DNA of 64,000 nucleotides from Epiperipatus broadwayi. Taxonomy: Eukaryota; Animalia; Onychophora. Shown in pieces: positions 40,815 through 52,633 of the stretch (position 1 is its first letter; every line of letters begins with the position of its first letter). Below the pieces are notes generated by a model, which was not told the origin of the DNA, ran no database searches, and worked only from the letters and a program-made list of their open reading frames with translations. The translations under genes were made by a program, and so were the position numbers. The stretch spans positions 9,424,001-9,488,000 of the forward strand of contig JAQFVV010000003.1 of NCBI GenBank assembly GCA_028023455.1. The letters run 5' to 3'.

Positions 40815-41745
40815 TTAAGTTATAGGTACGCTTTTGAGTCTATTTATTTTCTGACACTTGATGGGGATGTCTTTATTTTCCATTAATCCACTACAATTAT
40901 AATGTTTGGGGATGATTTTATAAATGAATCTTCAGTTTATGGTCATATAGTGGCAGCAAATTAGGAGTAAGCAGATATTAGATGGTCAGAACTCCATTTT
41001 CAGTAGCAGAGGACAGGTTTAGCAATGACAGACATGTTGCATCTTTAGCCCGACCTTGGCAATATTATAATGCTATTTTTTAAGGCTTTCTTAATATTAG
41101 ATAACCCAGGTATCGGCCTTCTTAGGTTTGATATTAGCCACTTTGGTGATTTCCAGGCTTTAAATGTCTCAAGGTTGATTAATTTCTTTACAGCAAACAG
41201 ATGAAAAATGAATTAATTAACAACTAAATTAATGACTTGCATTAACCAAAACTGAATTAAGTGCAATTGATTCAGCTATATATACCACTCTAATTAGTCA
41301 CTGCTGTTTTTCAATAAGCATCATTTCTTTAATATAATTAATTATTTTTTAACTTTCAAATCTACCTTCTGCATGAGATAACTGTTAGCACCTAAGCACA
41401 TGGGGGCTCTTATTGCTATGCAACAAGATGTTTTCTTAAAAATTTTATTACAAACAAATTCTCACTTCTTTTTTTTATTACAAACATTTTAAAATTTTAA
41501 CAAATGAAGATCTAAAAAAAAAAAAAACATTTTTTTATAATGTGCACTTTAGAAGCTTTATAAAATGTGTCTGCTACCAAAAATGCATACTTTATATCTG
41601 TAATCTCTTTCAAATGATATTTCACTTTTTTTTTCCTGATTAAACTTTTAGTCAATTGTGGGATAGGTTAATTTATTTAATTTATTAATATAACTTCGTT
41701 CCAACACATTCTATACATGTATATAGACTTGGTGCCACTGAATGG
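40815..41745. repeat. Unclassified ~0.9-kb dispersed repeat, copy 2
   Basis: Direct repeat of 36581-37480. Confidence 0.85.
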
Positions 41746-43734
41746 TATAGTATTTTGTATTTATATGTGATATACTTTTCACATGTTTTTTTTTTTTTTA
41801 ATGTTTCCTTGAAGAAAATTGATTACTGAGATCTATTTATTTTTTCTTACAATTCTAAATGTTGACAATTTATTTGGAATCTTCAATCATTTTCAGATTA
41901 TGTTAATTAATTTCTAGGGATTCTCTTACTCAATTCCTTCTGATGTATTATTATTCTTCCAGGAGAATTATTGTTTTATATAAGCTTGTTGTTATACTTT
42001 CTTTATTTAATAATACAGTAGTATTTCCTCTTCAATGATAATTTTTTCTTATAGATAAGCAGCTTAGTATGTTTCTTTATGCAGAACTTAATATCATATA
42101 ATGTCGAGTTATTTGCAGAAGGATTAGGGCAATATATGATCTCTGAAGTGTTGTTTCAGACACTTACATATATATATATACACAAATGCTGATAAATATA
42201 ATAGGTTCCATATTGCTAAGATGTAGAAGATTATAATGATAGAATATTTCTGATAGAAATAAAAATATCTGTAATGTCTAAACTTATCCAATAAATATAT
42301 TACTAAAAGAATAACCAGTGTCTACATAAAAATAGCAATGAGACTAAAACATCTCAATATGTGTATATACAGATAAACAAATATAAGAAGTAATGGGACT
42401 TATAGAAAAATAGTTAATATATTTCCTTCTATGCCCTTGATCTGATTTTGAAACATGATTGCAACTTGAGCATTTTTTTAGATAACTGAAAATTTTGAAA
42501 TCAATTGTGGAATTTTTTTTTTTTAGGAAAATATATTATTTTCTTATTAGTTATCCAGTTATTGTTTGGCAAATTGATACCCATAAATAGATGTTTGCAT
42601 TTAATTATACATCAGACAAATTAATGTAGTTGTTGTTTTTTTTATCTTACATTTAATCTGCAGTTGACAGCAAAAATCAGCCCCCCCCCCCCGCCTCATA
42701 TAAAGCTCCACCTGTGAACCATCTTTGCAAGTATGAATATTTTTTGGATACTAAATAGCATTATCAAATAGATTTTTAAACTAAATTTTGAAATTAATTT
42801 GAAAAGGCCCATTTCAGTAGAGAGCATAAATTGTATGGTGGTCATTCATTAGCTATTTTTTATTTATATTATTCTATTCATGCTAATGACTTGAAGTTCC
42901 AAACATCTTAAGGTTTGAACTTAATATACTGTTTGTTTAGTTATAATAATATAGTACCAGAGATAAATTTTTAGGTTCACTATCATTCATGTGAATCTAT
43001 TACATTCTTCATCAATGATAAAGGCAACATCTTTTTATGGAATTATTTTTTGTTTTTTGATTAGTATATATTCTTTTGATCAAATCAAATTAAACTAAAA
43101 CTGTTTACTCCAGCTAGATGTCTACATTTACTAATAAATCTAATTAGGTTGACTATGAGTTGTTTATTTGATAAAATCCTAGATTTACTTAAAAATTATC
43201 AGATATCTGCAGAAATTTCAAGTTTTATATATTTGAACTGTAGGTTCTCCATTGTGAAATAAAACAAAATAATACAAATACTCTATTTCACTAGTTTATA
43301 TAATCTGCTTCTATAACTGCAACCAATTCACTTCACATATCTAATCATTGAAAAAGCTTGTAGTCCGAAGCTAATCTGGTTATCTATTTGATACAATCAT
43401 TTAAACTTGAATGATTTCTTTCACTTAATAGAATGATATCAAAAGTAATTATGTGACAACAGCGATGCAAACAATTTTTTAAAATTAAACAAATTATAAA
43501 ATGTGTTATGATTATCAGTGCATCTCAAACTCCATTGTACTACAATCATTCCCCAGTGCAGAAAATCATACCATTTTCTATCACTATGTATGCATTTTGC
43601 AATCTAAATCATTACACCCTTGTTGATAACTTGGTGATTTTCTCTATATAACTCTTATTCAAGATAGGAATTGGGTTCTATCTATTTTAATTCTTTGTGA
43701 ACAGATGAAAAATAATTGTACTGGTGTATGTGCT

Positions 43735-43766
<32 letters not shown>

Positions 43767-44853
43767 CAAAGGAAACAGTGGTAGAACATATAACACTATG
43801 CCATAAATTTGGTATGCACCCTGAATAGTTTACAATTTTGGAAAAAAAAATCGATTCCAAACATACTAAATATTTTTTTTTCATTAACTCATAACTAATT
43901 TAGCTATTTGTAACCATTACCATTTAGACCAGATTTTGGTTGGAAATATTGGTTTGCTATTTTTACATTCTAGATAAAATGCAATAAAATCCTCATCATC
44001 GAACATTTGGAAAATCTAGTGCAATTCCTTTTCTTTAGAGTTCTTTTATGAATGTGTATTGGGATGGACTTTGATCTGAACTGGGCTCTACTAATCATTA
44101 CCTTAAGAACTGTTCACTAGATTGAAATTCAATTGTTGGTTAATAAATGAATGTTTATAACTTTTATAATTCCAAATGCAATGATGCTTGTTTTTTCTGT
44201 GATACCCATGAGCAAGATTAAAAGAAAAACAGCATAACATAATTAAAATAGAGGAGAAAAAAAATGGGGGTAGTTAGTCCTTGATATGTATTCATCTGCT
44301 TTTAAAACCATCTTTAAATTTTAAAGGTTGTATATATATATATGTATACACAGAAATAATAATGGAAGCAGAATATGAATCACAAAAAATGTTTTTATAG
44401 GGTTGGAGTGACTATGCATATATAGTATCGATTGTAAATAAAAATCATTTCATAAATTTTTGTAATTACGTATAGATTATTTCCTGTATTAATTATCTAA
44501 TTTAATTATACTCTAGAAAAATCTACCTAAGTGAGTAGTAAATATTTGCAAATAAAATAAATGGACTGTTATGTAAATTAAACATTTGCATTAATTAGAT
44601 TGGACATATAATTCCCCTTTCCTCCCCAACTAAAAAAATTGTGAGTGTGAAACAGTTGAGCAACAGCAGCTTAATAATTAAGAAGGTAGTAGCTCCTTGA
44701 TGGCTAAATTAATCCCTGAGAGTGTTTGTCTAGTTAAGTACAAATGGCACAGTGGATAGAAAATGATCTAGTTACAGAAACAATAGTAATTGTCAGTTAA
44801 AGGTAAATATTGAATCGCTAGAAGAGTTTGTGAAAGCTTATATAAACATATAA

Positions 44854-45020
44854 GTGTAACTCAAATTCGCATATGATCTGCATAACAAAGTAATTTTTTT
44901 TATTCTTTATAACCTAAAGTTGAGAGCACCTTTGGTGAAATTCACTTAATGAAAGTGAACTTCACCAAAAGTATATTCAGCTTTAAGTTATAAAGAAAAA
45001 AAAACCCACTTTGTTACACT
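44854..45020. repeat. Hairpin insertion present only in the 5' LTR
   Basis: ~45-60-bp inverted arms ttctttataacctaaagttgagagcacctttggtgaaattcact / agtgaacttcaccaaaagtatattcagctttaagttataaagaa. Absent from the 3' LTR. Confidence 0.75.
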
Positions 45021-47105
45021 GCTGAACATCCATTTATAAATTTGAATTGTAAATACAAAAGAAGTAAAAAAATCTGTATTATGTACTTTGAAATTTAAAA
45101 CACATAATGTTATTAATATTATTCTGAGAGGGTGAAAAGGTAAACATACAATTAGAGGATAAAATATAGAGTATACTGAATTTCTAATGGAATTTCACTT
45201 TATTTATTTATTTCACTTTTATTTATTACTGTTAATAAATTGTTTTTGTTATTAAACTTGCATTAAGTTTATTTTTATTATTGATGCTTCCTGACTGGTA
45301 TCAAACTATTACTCTCAGTACATTGCCGATCGTACAGATCATAAGATGAAAGAACTTATGATAATTAGCAGAATTGCACAGATTGATAGTTGAGAGAATA
45401 CTAGCCCACTCCAATGGTTATTAAAGCCTATATAGTTGAAATGGAATCACTAAGCAGCAACATTTGAGAACTTGATATGAATATTGCAACTTTGTGGAAA
45501 AATTACATTGAACATGCTTATAGGGAAAATAGATGTGGAATGTCTGAAAGTGTTTACATTTTTAGGGTTTGCAGAACAAAATGTTGTACAGCTAACAAAT
45601 AGCTTGTGTGACTCTAAAAAACCTAAGGAATTTCAGTACTAAGAAGTGATTGAAAAATTTATATAGATATTTTACTCTGAAAATATCAATACGCATAGCA
45701 TGACTGAGGCTGAGAAACAGAAAACAATTACCTCATGAAAATATGCAGATTATGATTTAGCATTAAGGAATTTAACAAAGGATTGTGATTTGAGTCTGAA
45801 AACTAATGATATGTTGTTAGACCAACTTTTGTATGATGAGTAAACTATGTGCTATTGATTAATGTGTCACACAAGAAGCCATTCTGGACAATGCTTCAGA
45901 ATTTTCATTATTGCAACAACAGGATAAAATCTCTCAATACAAAAATCAAATATAAATATTCTAGACACCAGAAAAGTAAAATAGTGTAATACGCTACTAT
46001 TGTGGTAAACCAAGCAGTTTAAGAAAAAACTGCAAACAGAAATGTAAAATATGTAAGATTTTTTCTAAATAATGGACATTCAATGTGCATTTAATATAAT
46101 GCACTGTTAAAAGCAAACAAACTCTATACAAAATGGATCACATATAACTGGATGTGGATATTTGTGACAAAAGTTAACAATGGAGGTGGATAGTGATGCA
46201 GGCCTATTGTTAATATCTTATAAAAACTGATTAAATATCTGCAAAAGGTATTGTAAAAAAACATGAATATGGATATTATCACAAAAAATGTAAACACCAA
46301 TAAAATTGATATGTATGGAAAAGTAACAGTAGTTATAAAACCAAATTCAAAGATAAAACTTTTCCCATTATATATAGTCCATAAAGATTTTAGTCCTTAT
46401 TGGGAAGGAACTGTTTTTATTCTTTAGAAACCCACAAATACATCTTAAAGAGAATCCAACTCCAAACTGTAATGTTGAAAGATATTTTTGTTTGTTTAAA
46501 TCTTGATCAGTGGAGCTAAAAATATACTGGACAATGTTGAATTGATAAAGAAAACATGACCCATTATTTATAAACCATGCAAAGTTTCATTTGCCTTGAA
46601 AGAAAAAGTTGAGAAAACTATCAATGAGATAGTGAGAAAAAGAATATTAACTGCTTCTGTAGCTATTATCATTAAACCCGAGGCAACAGAATATGTGTGG
46701 AGATTACCATGTTACATTAAATAAATTTGTAAATAAAGATGGCTTCCCTGTTTCTAGGGTATGTAAAGTATTAGCTTCTTTGTAAAAAGCTTTATATTTC
46801 ATCAAAATATATCTTAAAATTGCACTCCACCCAATTCCCATGACTAAAAAACCAAGGAATTGTTAACATTGATTACTCATTTGGGATTGTATAGATGCAA
46901 TAAATTGCCATATGGAATTAAGGTTGTACTAAATATTTTCCAGAAAAAATGGATATGCTTTTTGATGCCATAGATAGTGTTATTCCATATTTTAGATGAT
47001 ATTTTTATCATTACTGAATCATAATTAGAAAGCTATATAACTGTAGTCTGCTCAAAATTTGATAAACTAAAAACCAAGATAAATAGTTCAAAATGTATCT
47101 GATCT

Positions 47106-48722
47106 ATATTTTAACGATCGGGGAAGTAGACTTACGTAAACTGCACTACAGGGCGCCATCTAGGCATTTGAACCTAGAAAAATTTATAAAGTAGGCAGAT
47201 ACGTAAGTCAAAAAAAAAAAAAAATTTTTTTTTTTTTTTTTTAAATTTTGATTCCGGTCGTTAGCCCATGTCGCTAGCTCAGTGGAATAGCAGAGATTTT
47301 AAAACATTGATAAGTTTCAATAGACTTCTATTCTCAAAGTATATATTAAATATTTAGAACAATAAAATAAAAGAAGCCACTGCCAGTAATTAACACACAA
47401 ATAGATTTTTATTAACGCACATTTAAAATTGAAGATTAAATTTATTTTTAGATTTTAACATTAATATATATATATTTTTAAATTTAAATTACTATTTTAA
47501 ATAGATCGCACAGATTTGTTAAAAATGTTGGGTATAGATCGCTTACATAGATTCCATGGTCAAAAACATTTCAAAATAAACATAAATGATCAAAATACAA
47601 AATTATTGATCGACAATCGCAGAGGGAAACTTATAAGTAACCCAATAGTATTCACCATAAGATACTTGCGTTGTCACAATAACTAAAAGACATCCGAATA
47701 AATACATTTTAGATACTCAGTAAGGTATCATTATTTATCGAATGTCTATATATTTTGATAAAATATGAAAACCAAAATATAATTAACCGCAAACGAATCC
47801 ATGCAAGCGTCTATAAACAACTTAAATTTAATACATTTTAGTTAGAACATAATACACACAAAAAAAAATGAACTGGAAATGATTGTTAAACATCTACATA
47901 AAAAAATAGCAATAATTGAATTTGCATTCTTTAAGTCAGATAAGAGTTATTTTCAGTTATTAATTACTTGCAATTTTAGGAAAGTTCTTATTAGATAGAC
48001 ACAATAGTTTATACTTTACGGATTTAATAGATTGAGAAGTCCATCTTCGTGATCACTTTCGAGATTTTGTCCTTTGAAATGAAACTGGACTTGCATGCAT
48101 TTGGTCAGGAGCGTCATCAGAGGTAGTGGTTGTCGAAAATTAAATTTATTGAGATAATCGTGAAAATCTGCAATATAGCTAGTTATAACGATCTATTCAA
48201 GTCTCTAAGATAACAATTATAATAATAATTTGGCTTTATATTTTTATTAGTCTCTATATTTGATCATAGGATTCAATCGGCAATACGTCACTAATCCTCT
48301 GGTGTTTCAGTTACGGTCCGTGCAGAATTTCTGGTGTTCGCATTGGTCATTTAATTTCTTTGTACTCTCTTATCTAACGTTTCATCTGACTTTTAATTAA
48401 ACAGTTTAGATAATTAATAAAAATCATTTCATTTATAGATTAAGAATTAATTAATACTGTTTTTATTTTAACTTACGTTATTTTTTTTTTATTAAAATAT
48501 TTTTATATTTCAATCTTGTATTTTTTTTATTTAAAAAAATACGTTCAAATACTTTTTTTTTTATGAAAAAAAATATTTTTAAAGTTAGCATCTGTGCAAT
48601 GTATATATATAACAAACATTTTTAATTTTAGCGTTTAGTTTTTTTTTTTTTTACTTTTATTTGCGAACTTTTAAGTCTTTATTTTAAATTAATGTAACGA
48701 CATATTTATATATCGTTACAAT
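47106..48722. mobile_element. Younger CpG-retaining insertion in the Gypsy RT, possibly Helentron/DINE-like
   Basis: Splits the RT between KINSSKC (~47095) and EIKFLGH (48727). The left end tttaacgatc matches the right-end hairpin tgtaacga...tcgttaca, and there is an internal 15-bp IR at 47128-47210. No long TIR or clear TSD. Confidence 0.55.
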
Positions 48723-51700
48723 ATAAAGAGATAAAGTTTCTTGGACATATTATAAATAAAAATGGAAAGTATCCTAATGCAGACAAGGTACAGGCAATAA
48801 AAATTTTGTGAGGTAACAAACATTACAGGCTTTTTTTGAATCATTAAACTTTTATGAAAGCTTCCTAAAAGGAAAGTCTTATTTGCTGTTACTGTTGTAA
48901 CAATTGGTTAAAAAAAAAAAAACAATGTTGGAAATGGATGTGTGAGCAAGATTTGACTTTCCAAAATGCCAAGAACCTCTTAACTTTAGATCAGCTCTTG
49001 ATACACTACCCAATATGTTGGATATTATTATTACTTCAGATGCATTGGAATATAGTATCAGAACTGTAATTTTGCATCAGTGCTATGGAGGCTCTATAGC
49101 TGCACTTTAAGAGTAATGTTGGGAGCTAAAAAAATTATAGCCAGATTAATAAAGAAGCATTAGCAGTTATTTTCACAATAAAGAAATTTCATTAATATAT
49201 TTATGGATGAAGATTTCAAAATTGCACAAATCATTGGTCTGCTTATAGGAATATTTGGAACTGGGAAAAAAATTCCTGAACAGATAAGTCAATACAAGTT
49301 GTGCTGGATAAATATTTTATTTAAATATAATTATAAATTAATGAGACAGGAAAGCAAATTTGACACACTGATGCTTTATCATATTTACCTGACACTGAAG
49401 AAAAACAAGATGACATTAATGAAATTAATTATATAGATGCAGTAAGCTTTGTTTTGCCTAAAATTTCAGTAGTTGGACTAAACAAAGCAAAGGTTGTATC
49501 CATTTAATGAAGTAGATAAAATATGGCTGGCCCAAACCACATCCAATGAAAATTGTAAGGCCTATTTAGAATATATGAGATAGTTTATCACTTTGAAATA
49601 GTTGTGTTTTAATGGTTGACCAGCTACTTATACCACCAAAAGGCCAGAATCATGTATTTCATTTCATCAAGATCACTCGAGAATCATGTGTATAAAAGCT
49701 TTAGGTAGATCATATGGCTGGTGCTCAAATTTGAATGGTGAAATAATGGCAACTGCCAGTTAACTACTAATTGCCATCCAAAAAATCTGGAGTTTGGCAT
49801 AAGTATATAAAGCTTTGGGCATATCTACATTTAGAAATGCAGGATCTGTGCATGGATATATAATTTTAGTAATTGTTGACATGTAATCTCTTTGTGTTGA
49901 ATATAAAATTATGAATGCAGAATGTACAATTAGTGCTTAAAGAAATGTTTTCTACACATGGTTACCCAGAAATTATTGAAACTGATAAAGGAATTGGTTT
50001 TACTTCTCAGTAATTTGTGGATTATTTAGAGGCTAAAGAAATAAAGCATGTTATTATTCCACCTTATCATCTAGAGAGAAATGACACATTTGAGAAAGCC
50101 ATTCAACATTTGAAGCATACATTGAAGAAAAATTGTTTTAAGGATGTACTAAAACAATAGTTGACACTATATTTTATCAGTATTTTACTTCCTGTACAGC
50201 AATACATATACTGACAGAGTTATTAATGCATTGACATTTTTGCACTCACCTCTCTAAGTTATTTCTGAAAACTACTGATAGAGATAAGCACAGTTTTGAA
50301 TATGAAAAGTTAAAAATTGGAATGTGTTAATGTGCAACATTAAAAAAAAAATGGATGCCAGGAATGATATTGCAAATTGTGTCAAAGCAATTATGACTAT
50401 AAAATTGGAAAATGGAAAAGAAATGAGAAGACATGTAAATCATTTACATTCTTGCCTAAAGTTGCAAGGGATGAAAAAAATCTGGATATGAAAGAAGTAG
50501 AGAAAAAACATATAATGTTGGCCAATTAAAAGTACAACAGTGATCAAGAGAAAATAAATGATCACAGTATGAATTAAATAAATGAGACAAAAGAATAATG
50601 AAGATATAAATACTATAAGTGAGGAAAAGAAAATTTTTTTCCAAAAATAACATGTATCTAGACTACCAGCTAGACTTAAGAACTATATATGTGACTGAAA
50701 GTCATATTTCTGAAGTAGAAGGAGGGGTGAAATGTCTATGTATATATGGTACAGATTGTAAATAAACATCATTTCATAATTTTTGTAAATACATACAAAT
50801 TATTTTTTGAATTAATTATCTAATATAACTGTACTCTAGAAAAATCTGGCAAATAGTAAACATTTGCAAATTAAATAAATGGACAATTATGTAAATTAGA
50901 CATTTACATAAATTAGATTGGACGTACTCTCCCTCCCCCTATCTAAAAAACAGAGTGTGTGTGGAAAAATTGAGCAGCAGCAGTTCAATAGTTAAGAAGG
51001 TGATCTGAAAGGTGTGTGTGCTAAGTTAAGCATAAAATGGACATTGGATAGAAAATGATCCAGTTACAGAAATAATACTAATTGTCAGTTAAAGGAGAAT
51101 AATGAATCTCTACAAGAGTTTATAAAAGCTTATACATACATATAAGTGAAATGTATACATATGTGTTTACAGAGACTTGGAAATTTAAGACATATAATAT
51201 TGTTAATATTATCCTGAATGTGTGCAAAGTTAATCATACAACTAGAGAATAAAATATAACTACTATATTGAATTTTTAATAGAATTCCACTTTATTTATT
51301 TCAATTTTATTTATTAATTGTTAATAAATTATTTTTATTATTAAACTTGCTTTAAGTTTATTTTCATTATTGATGCTTCCTGACTGATATCAAACTGATA
51401 CCCTCAGTACATAACAAGGGTATATATCAACAGATGGCATCATTGTTTAATGTGATCTCACTTAAGATAATATACATACGTATATTATTCATTGGATTAT
51501 ATTAGCAACTCAAACTGATGCTACTCTACATGTTCACTGCACACTGTTTTATGAATAAAAAAACTCCTAAAAATGATATTTATAAAAATATGAGCTCAAG
51601 TGATAACTGATAAATTTTATTCTGCTGATATGTCAAAAAATAAATTTTGGTAAATTCATTTATGAAAGTTTTTCACTTTTTTTAAAAATAGTTGTTATAT

Positions 51701-52401
51701 TACATTTACTGACACCCCCCACCCATATATAGGAGGATCATGATTAACATACCTGCTTTCTATAGCCATTGCCTAGTGTTCGGTCTAGTTAAAATTTGAA
51801 ATTCATTTAAGAAGTTGCTGATTGTAAAACAAATCTGATATTATTTTTTAATTACCCAGTCTGTAGACCATCTAGCTGGCCATTTTATTATCAGTTGTAA
51901 TAAATATATTGTGATTTTTAGTTAGGGAGCAAAATAAGTAAAAATAACTTTATTAATAATGATATTCCTTCTCCCTCTCTACAATTGTTTCTCTGGGGAT
52001 TTAAAGTTCTTTATCTCTTTATTTTTTTTACTAATAATTAAATTATATACTGTAAGAAACTATAACTTAATACAACTGAATTACTACAACTTAACTACAA
52101 ATGCCATTTTTTTCTCAATTTCTCATTTGAGAATATTTTCTTTAGATAAATATTTTAGTTATTATCATTTATTAGGCTAGAGATTATGTTATCATTTTAA
52201 TCGACATATATATTCTTATTAAATATCACATCTCAGTAAGTATTTTATTTCTTTTATTATCCCCCCCCCCCCATTGATCTTTTGTACATGTAAACTAAAA
52301 ATTAATATTTATGCAACAGTGATTGAATTAAATTCTCAAATTACTTTTAAAATTACTATTTTATTTCCTCTTAATACATTACTTTTTTTGTTATTTTGTA
52401 G

Positions 52402-52447
52402 TTGATCGAGAATTTTCTGGATTAAATTGGAAAATTCCTCCCCATTG
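52402..52447 (+). CDS. CACNA2D: alpha2/delta exon (IDREFSGLNWKIPPHW)
   Basis: ttttgtag|46 nt|gtaaaa, phase 1-2. Joined to the next exon it gives NWKIPPHW-VYC, matching the invertebrate NWKVHPDWVYC motif. Confidence 0.9.
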
Positions 52448-52529
52448 GTAAAATTTTTCCAATATTTTTTTTTTATTATTTAAAAAAATACTGTTTTTAA
52501 ATTCATATATTGATTTTAAAAAATTGTAG

Positions 52530-52633
52530 GGTTTATTGTCGATTGACAAATGAAGAAGCCAGAATGGATCGTCGAGATATGATCAAATTATATATTGGCA
52601 GGGGTCAGAATAACAGCGACACCTACAGTAATT
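52530..52633 (+). CDS. CACNA2D: alpha2/delta exon (VYCRLTNEEARMDRRDMIKLYIGRGQNNSDTYSN-C)
   Basis: ttgtag|104 nt|gtaagc, phase 2-1. Open and frame-compatible, and ends at the conserved Cys. Confidence 0.9.

Larger units (their letters stand above)
44409..51411 (+). mobile_element. Degenerate Ty3/Gypsy LTR retrotransposon with both LTRs
   Basis: LTRs at 44409-45322 and 50733-51411 (TG...CA), a PBS-like ttgccgatcgt after the 5' LTR, and the PPT gaagtagaaggagggg at 50712-50727. Remnants follow the order gag, PR (MEVDS.A), RT (FALKEKVE, CGDY, LPYGI, .LDDI, EIKFLGH), RNase H (TSDA, NYSQI.KEAL) and integrase (HG.PE.I.TD.G..FTS, PPYH). No TSD recognised. Confidence 0.92.
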
